Source: the human T2T-CHM13v2.0 reference genome, Homo sapiens
Assembly (NCBI RefSeq): GCF_009914755.1
Contig: NC_060925.1
Reading direction: 5' to 3' (one strand)
DNA: 64,000 nt
Numbering within the stretch: the stretch's first letter is position 1; each line of letters starts with the position of its first letter. Below, piece by piece: positions 57,056-64,000 of this stretch. The notes below the pieces were generated by a model. It worked only from the letters and a program-made list of their open reading frames with translations, made no database searches and was not told where the DNA came from. A program made the translations under genes and the position numbers.

Positions 57056-57096
<41 letters not shown>
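57056..57096 (+). repeat. (TG)20 microsatellite
   Basis: uninterrupted tg run. Confidence 0.98.
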
Positions 57097-57097
<1 letters not shown>

Positions 57098-57299
57098 TTT
57101 TGCTGTGTATATTTTTAAGTAGTTATTTTATCCTAAACATGTATTCAGCAGAAGTCAGCTGGTGTTAATATTACCTGCACCAACAATTCTGCAATCTGTG
57201 CCTCACTTACAGGTTTTCACAGAGACTTAATTTGTTTGCATTATGTCTAAATACATTTTCCTTCTAAGGAAGGAAAAGGAAGGAGGATTGAGATAGTAC

Positions 57300-57480
57300 A
57301 AGGAGGTTTGTATACACTTTATTGTCACAACTACCCCATGAGCAAGATATTACCGCATCTATATCACAAATGAGGAATTTAAGACCCAGAAAGGTTAAGC
57401 AACTGGCCTAAGATCACACAACCAACAAATGAAGGAGCCAGCATTTCAAATCAACCCAAGCTTTTTCCCACTATACCAGA
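57300..57480 (-). mobile_element. MIR
   Basis: caaatgaggaatttaagacccagaaaggttaagcaactggcctaagatcacaca. Confidence 0.7.
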
Positions 57481-57988
57481 GCACTGGTAAAATTGGTTGA
57501 AAGGTGAAAGATTTAATCCAATTAGTTAAACCATCAAAAAACTAACTTAAGTCATTTTCACTCAGAAGAAATGTAAGAATGTCTGTGTTTCACAAAAATT
57601 GTGAGCCAGCTTTTCAGCAGAAAGCTTAGGAACAAATTTGTACTTGCCCACCCACCCTCTTTGATGCATCATGTTATCAATTAGAACCTTATTCCTAGCT
57701 CCATTTCACCTGACCTTTTTTACTATTTTGCCAATTTGTCATATTTTACATACTGTTAGCCATAAGAAACGCTTTCTGGAATAAACATGCTATAAATAAA
57801 TAAGCAACTAAATACTTTTCTTCTAATGCATTAATCAGTCATTGGGTGGAACTTAAATGGCCGGCCAGTGTTTTGAGTACCATGTTCCCTCCTCCCCCTC
57901 AGTTTTTAATTTAAGGGATATTTCATTGGCAGGTCTACATTGTTCTTAACATAAACAAATGAGACTACCCTTTTAAAGGCCAGAATGG

Positions 57989-58894
57989 AATTCTGCCAGT
58001 TGCTGAGTATGTCTATCCCATTATGAATTCCAGAACTGGGGAAATAATTACAGGATGAGTTCGTGAACACACTGGACCCACTGTGAAACAGACCTCAGCT
58101 AAAATTCCATTAATCACCTGACCTACATAACCTTCTACTCTAACTGGTAAACTGCAGTGACGTTTGGGGTCTCCTGAAATTAGTGTTGGTTCACAGCCAA
58201 AGCCCAGCAGTCACCCAAAACCATGATTATTTCCTTTTTCTCAATTTGTAGTAACCCTGGTAAAAGGACATAGGTCCTCTTGGGGAAGACTAAAAGAAAG
58301 GCCAACAGTCTAAATTTTGGGCAGTGTATCCGTGTTCTTCCTCACAGGAATGTGGCCTCCCCCTCATTCAAAGGGTTCTGTTTCTGTAAACTGGCTCAAG
58401 TCTGGGAACTGATTGAGGGACTGTGACTCTATGTTTTGATTATTTTGGTTTGATTTCTGTTCACTCGACCTTGAACTCTCCCACTTATACAAGTCAAGTA
58501 AGAATTCGGTAGACTGCCACCTATGTCACTGCTAGGGACAACATGATCAACTGGCCAACACCACATACAATTTTCTGCAAGTCAGACTCTTCTGATTACT
58601 GCTTTGACTCCAGTGTCCATTATGGTAACCACACCCATTTTGCCTTTGGTTATTAAGTGCCACCACATGGCCCGTGCCACTCTGGGATCCAATGATCCCC
58701 ATTGCATTTATGTTTCCAATTCAGTGGCAGCAGCTCCCACTATAATTTCTGATTTAAAGAGAAGAGTGACCACAGACTCTCCAAGGGTGCTGGGGCTCCC
58801 TTCACACATTTATTTCTCACAGTGGTATGAAAGATATGTCTTCTGGACCCTCCCAGGATAGGTAAGCAGAACTGATGTGATAAATCCCCCTCTA
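57989..58894 (-). pseudogene. ERVL internal fragment: gag C-terminus, gag stop and protease
   Basis: minus-strand translation gives SWEGPEDISF, VRNKCVKGAPA, NAMGIIGS, PLNQFPDLSQFTETEPFE* (TGA at 58364-58366), LLGFGCEPTLISGDPKRHC (decayed LLDTGSE), GQVINGILA and GIDILSNWQN. Confidence 0.88.
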
Positions 58895-59962
58895 ACAGGC
58901 CAGAGTGGTACAAGGAAATGTGTGAGTATACAGACCAGACAGCATGGGACAGAGGATGGCATTTTAAAATTAAAACAAACAGAACTCACGGGTAAAGTTT
59001 TTAACAATAAAGTGCTTTAATCCTCACTGTACTAATTCTATCAAACCACAGTCACAAACCACAAAACATAAGAACTCAGCTTTTCCTTTTGATTGAATAT
59101 AGTCTTTCCAAGTTTGGGACATCTCAGTGCCCTTCACACTAATTCTCCCTATCTTCCACAGAGAGTGACACAAGTCCCCCACCACCACCATTTTTTAGCA
59201 AGAGTTAAGCACATACAAATATAAATGAGCTACAGCTCACAGATGAAGGGCTTGATTGTCTTTTTAGACACTGGCATGAATCAAAGTGAAAAGGAGAGGA
59301 AAGTGTTAAAGTCCAGCATTGATACTATCAACAAATCTTGAAGAAAATGGAATTCTATATTTAAAATGTCATGAACTATGAAATTAATTGAACCAGAATA
59401 CAAAAATACAAAAAAAACTATAAAATGTTTACCCAAATACCCATTCTAATAGTTTAGCCTTGCTACTTCAGTATACAGAGTAATACAGAGCTGTTTTTTA
59501 AAAAATTCAACTTGCAAACCTTCAAATAAAAAAATCATCTGGGAAAATGATTTGCATATTCTACAATTTAAGTGCTAAGACTGCAATGGCTTTGCCTCCT
59601 AGGCTACTGCATTTGAAATATAAACATATTTCAACTTAACTTAGTGAATACTGTTTACATCTGCATTCTGATAACATATAAGGCTATTTTCCTTGGAATT
59701 TTTTTAAAACATTTGGCTTTACATAATGAAAAAAGGAAACCAAAGAGGTTTTTTTTTCCTTCACTTATAGATAGACTTTAGGTTTATGAATATTAGTGTC
59801 TAAAAGTCACTCTATATCACTGAAGAACTAATAGACAAAGGTCAAATTTTGAATATTAAACATTATTTTTTAAATTCCAATTGATATCTACCAATGCATA
59901 TACCACATTTATTTTAATAACGTATTTATGTTCTGTAATTATGTATTGATGATCCACTAGAC

Positions 59963-60307
59963 CAGTGGTCCCCAAACTTTTTGGCACCAGGGACCTGTTT
60001 GGTGGAAGACAATTTTTCCATGGACTTGGACTGGGGGTGAGCAGGCATTAGATTCTCATATGGAGTGCACAACACAGATCTCCCACATGCACGGTTCACA
60101 ATAGGGTTTGCACTCCTATGAGAATCTAACGCAGCCTCTGATCTGACAGGAGGCAGACCTCAGGCAGTAATGCGAGCAATGGGGAGCAGCTGTAAATACA
60201 GATGAAGCTTCATTGGCTTGCCCACTGCTCACCTCCTGCTGTGCAGCCTGGTTCCTAACAAGCCAGGGACCAGTAGCAGTCCATGGCCCAGGGGTTGAGG
60301 ACCCCTG
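59963..60307. mobile_element. MER1B (hAT-Charlie) inserted into an L2 3' end
   Basis: TIRs cagtggtccccaa / ttgaggacccctg; perfect 8-bp TSD cactagac (59955-59962, 60308-60315). Confidence 0.92.
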
Positions 60308-60799
60308 CACTAGACTGTAAGTTTTTTGAAGGCAGAGATTCTGTCTTACTCAGTTTCTCACATCCCAATGATTAGCACCATCCCTAGTATGAATCTCTAC
60401 AGCTGGACTGTTTTCCAGCTCAGGACCTCCATGTGAACATTTTTCTTCAGTTCTTACAGTGGGATGGAATGCAATTCAGTGAATTAGAATTTACATTAAA
60501 AAAACTGGCCACAGTGCAGTCTAGCTAGCAAGCTGGCTGCTCCCTTCTCTGAAACTGCAACCACTGTTAGTATGATGAAAATAATACTTTGTAGTAATCA
60601 AATCCTAGAAAATCTCCATTTCCATTTAATATAGAGGCCAGTGCAGTAGTCTGGGAGCACTTCTGGAAATACTGCTACTGCCTCTGAGACCTAAACAGTC
60701 AACGCCATCCCCAGCTTCTTACCTTTTTTAAAAAATCCTAGTGCACAAAATTTAGTTATACACTTTAGTTTATGGCACACTATCATCATCTGTCTGTAC

Positions 60800-61620
60800 A
60801 AAAAGCCTCTCATTTTATTTCCTTTTCACCCACTATATATATATATATATATCACCCATATTAGATATATATGTCCCTAGATACACAAATTTCCTTGAAA
60901 AGTAGTGTTGCTTAGTGTAAATAAATTTAAAACAGGTTTATTATACATTAACATCAAGTTATTGTACTAATAATCACATGTTGTTTCTTAATATGTTCAC
61001 TAAAATTTTTTTTAGTTCTGTTCATTTTGCTGGATATATTTCTGGCTTCTGCATTCCATCATATGTATATACCACAATTTACTTTCCACATTTTTAATAC
61101 ATCCTAATCTTTACTACCTCAAATAATCCTGAAATGAACATATATTTCCACTTGTAGGTTTTTTGTACATGCCTCGTTACACAGAATACTTCCAGATTTC
61201 CCTTCAAGATGGCTGCACTAGTTTATATTTCCATCAGCAGTTCATAAAAGTTCTCATTTCTCCACATCCTTGCCAACACTTGATATTATAAACTTTTTAA
61301 CCCTTGCCAGTTTGATAGATATAAAATGATATATCACGGTTACAGGCTGAACATCATTTCATATAATTAATTGGCTTTTTAAAAATTTCTCCTTCTTGGA
61401 AGTGTTGATAATATACTTTATTTTTTCCTTTTGGATCCTATGTTTGTGATAGTCAATTTGTAGGAGTTTATTACATAATCTAGATTTCTCTTTTAGTTTT
61501 AGATATTATAAGAACTTTTCTCAATCTGTAATATGTCTTTAATTCAGCTATGGTATTCTTAATTAACAAAAAGATCTTTAGTTTTGATTTTTTCAAACCC
61601 ATAAGATTTTCCCCTTTGAT
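60800..61620 (-). mobile_element. old L1M 3' region with (TA)n at ~60833-60852
   Basis: ggctgcactagtttatatttccatcagcag...tttctccacatccttgccaacacttg. Confidence 0.65.
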
Positions 61621-61627
61621 TTGTCAC

Positions 61628-61745
61628 AGCTTACCACAAAACCATAGACAAAAATGGAACCAAGAGATCAATGGAAAATATGTGCTTGTCTCTCTCTGCA
61701 CTGGTTCCATTTTTGGCAAATGGTTCCATGGTTTTGTGATATGCT
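61628..61745. repeat. imperfect ~120-bp inverted repeat, MITE-like, family unassigned
   Basis: cacaaaaccat/atggttttgtg (11 bp) and caaaaatggaacca/tggttccatttttg (14 bp) are perfect nested stems. Confidence 0.75.
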
Positions 61746-61770
61746 TTCCAATCTGTTAGGGCATACTCCC

Positions 61771-62323
61771 TGAATTAGTAAGAGTTCTACAGAGAAACAG
61801 ACCCAATAAGATGTATAGAGATATACATAAAGGGAGATTTACCCTACGAATTGGCCCATGCAGTTATAAAGGCCAAGGAGTCCTACAACATGACAACTGC
61901 AAGATGGAGACACAGGAAAGCTGCTGGTTTAATTAAGTTTGAGTACAAAGGCCTAAGAACCAGGAAAGCTGATGATGTAACTCTCAACTGAAAACAAAGG
62001 ACCTGAGAATCAAAGGGGGCAATGGTGTGAGTCTCCAGAGTCTCAAGGCCAAGAGATTCTTTGTGCAAGAGCAGAAGATAAATGTCCCACCTCAAGGAGA
62101 GGGTCAGTTTGCCCTTCTTCTACTCTTGTTCTATTCAGACTTTCAATGGATTGGGTAATGCCTGCCCATATTGGTGAGGGTGGACCTTCTTTACTCATTC
62201 TACCAATTCAAATGGTAATGTCTTCCAGAAACACCCTCATAGACACACCCCAAAATAATGGTTTACCAGCTATCTGGGCATCCCTTAGCTTACTGAAGTT
62301 GACACATAAAATTAACCATCATA
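61771..62323 (-). mobile_element. MLT2B ERVL solo LTR
   Basis: tgaattagtaagagttctacagagaaacag ... aagttgacacataaaattaaccatcata. Confidence 0.88.
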
Positions 62324-62599
62324 CCCTCCCCAACTTTTCTCTTAGTTTTTAAAATTGTTTAGTTAACTTATTTTTGCCCATATTAATTGTGACTTGTGTC
62401 TTATTTTCTAGTTAGAGGTTGCTACACTAAAGGGATGCTACTGATTTTTGTTGCAATGATTGCTGGCATTCTAGTCTTCCTCCCATTCTCAAAACAAAAA
62501 TGTTTAATATTTTTCCGAGGAACATGACACTTGCTGTATTTTTTCAGTGGATAGACTTTATTAATTTAACAAGTTTTCTTCTATTCTTATTTTTGATAG

Positions 62600-62775
62600 A
62601 TTTATTCAGTAAGTATTGAGAACTTCCTGTGTAATACTCACTGTTCTAGGACCTGCAGACACAATAGTGAACAAAACAGACATAAATCTTTGCACTCAAA
62701 GATCTTATGGTAAGAGAAACAAACAAACAAACAAATATAATTAAGTCACATAGTAAAATATATTAGATGCTAAAG
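62600..62775 (-). mobile_element. L2a 3' end
   Basis: tttattcagtaagtattgag...ctgttctaggacctgcagacacaatagtgaacaaaacagac. Confidence 0.7.
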
Positions 62776-63307
62776 TAGCACAGTTTCTGGGCCCTTCCCA
62801 CAAGTCCAATCCCACTTAAAAAAATCACAATATTGAAAAAACCACTATGGCATTGCTGGGAAAGGGAATATTATGTTGAACTTGTTCATGTGGAATAGCA
62901 GCATTCGCCTGAGGCAGGATGCCACTGGGTAGGACTATAGAATAAGAAGATAAAAGAGAGAAAACTCTCCTGGGGTTCTGTTCTTGCTTTCCCTCCCATT
63001 TTGCTTCTGCCTATCCTCCTTGTTCCCATATGTGCATGACTCAGACTTCTGGTCCAGGTATTCTCAGAGGTTAAGTCAGAGCCAGATAAAAGTCTTGTGC
63101 TTGTGAGCCACTGTAAGAAACAGGTGAGAACCTCAAACAAGTGGCTTCTCACTCTTACCCCTCTAAACCCTCAAGGCTGGTAAATTATAATCTATGCATG
63201 TCTCTTACTGAAGCTGCTTCTCCCCGGAGTGCAAGGTGTGAAGATCTGATCTAAGGAATTGCTTAGTAGGCTATAGTTTTCTGGTGTCTGGTCTCTTCAC
63301 CCTACAT

Positions 63308-63351
63308 CACACACACACACACAAAGACACACACTCATACACACACACACA
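63308..63351 (+). repeat. interrupted (CA)n
   Basis: cacacacacacacacaaagacacacactcatacacacacacaca. Confidence 0.9.
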
Positions 63352-63694
63352 TTGACATCTTTGGGGCTGATCTTAACAAGGGCCTGGCCTTTCTCTATTG
63401 GCATTATCTAACAGCATAGCTGGTACTTCCAGATGAAAATTACTGGCAGGCCCAGATAACAAGACAATTAAGGAGCACAGCTATTTCAATGTACCACAAC
63501 ACAGATACAAAGAGAAGGAGAAATATTAGAATAGACAGACCAAGATTTTGAAATTGAAAAAAATTTTAAAATACATAAAGGAAGGTATTAGTAGCACAGA
63601 GCAAAAACATTTAAAAGTGGCAAGAAGGGAAGAGCTGACAATTTCAAATAGAGTGTCCAGGAATGGATTCACTAGAAAGGTAACATTTCTCCTT

Positions 63695-64000
63695 CAAAAG
63701 ACTCCTAGATTTAGGACTCCTAGATTCGAGTTACAAAATCAAGATACACAAATCAATAGCACTGCTATACACCAACACCAACCAAGTAGAGAATCAAATC
63801 AAGAACCTTTTCAAAATAGCTGCAAATAAAATCAAATACCTAGAAATATATCTAAACAAGGAAGTGAAAAATCTTTACAAGGTGAACTACATAACACTGC
63901 TGAAAGAAATCACAGATGACAAAAACGGAAACACATCCCATGCTCATGGATTGGCAGAATCAATATTGTGAAGATGGCCATACTGCCCAAAGCAATCTAT
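63695..64000 (+). mobile_element. 5'-truncated L1 (L1PB or old L1PA) ORF2 fragment running off the window
   Basis: catcccatgctcatggattggcagaatcaatattgtgaagatggccatactgcccaaagc, homologous to 25470-25525. Confidence 0.88.

Noticed and set aside
42086-62323. Two same-strand MLT2B LTRs with an ERVL internal fragment between them as one provirus
   Set aside because: They are ~19 kb apart, structurally different, each embedded in a different older repeat, and separated by MIR/L2 and unique DNA
62780-63470. Possible LTR interrupting an L2
   Set aside because: Looks like an insertion, but I could not establish a family, termini or TSD

Overview
AT-rich, CpG-poor hominid (human-like) non-coding DNA, dense with interspersed repeats. 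I recognise no host protein-coding exon, tRNA, rRNA or CRISPR array. The dominant feature is a full-length, dead L1PA2-type LINE-1 (21080-27131, +) with a perfect 15-bp target-site duplication (TSD). Its ORF1 and ORF2 are disrupted, but the antisense ORF0 is intact. The rest is a fossil record of Alu, MIR, L2, old L1/HAL1, MaLR/ERVL LTRs and hAT/mariner elements, several of them nested. The most unusual observations are: (1) a truncated L1PB whose 5' junction carries two locally templated copies (from 3.15 kb and 1.4 kb upstream), a template-switch scar; (2) an LTR-less 0.9-kb ERVL gag-protease fragment flanked by an apparent 14-bp TSD at an L1-endonuclease-like site; (3) a degenerate Tigger/pogo transposase; (4) an unassigned ~120-bp palindromic MITE-like element. 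Subfamily names come from recalled consensus sequences, and boundaries of old repeats are approximate. I see no evidence for a new multi-gene system.
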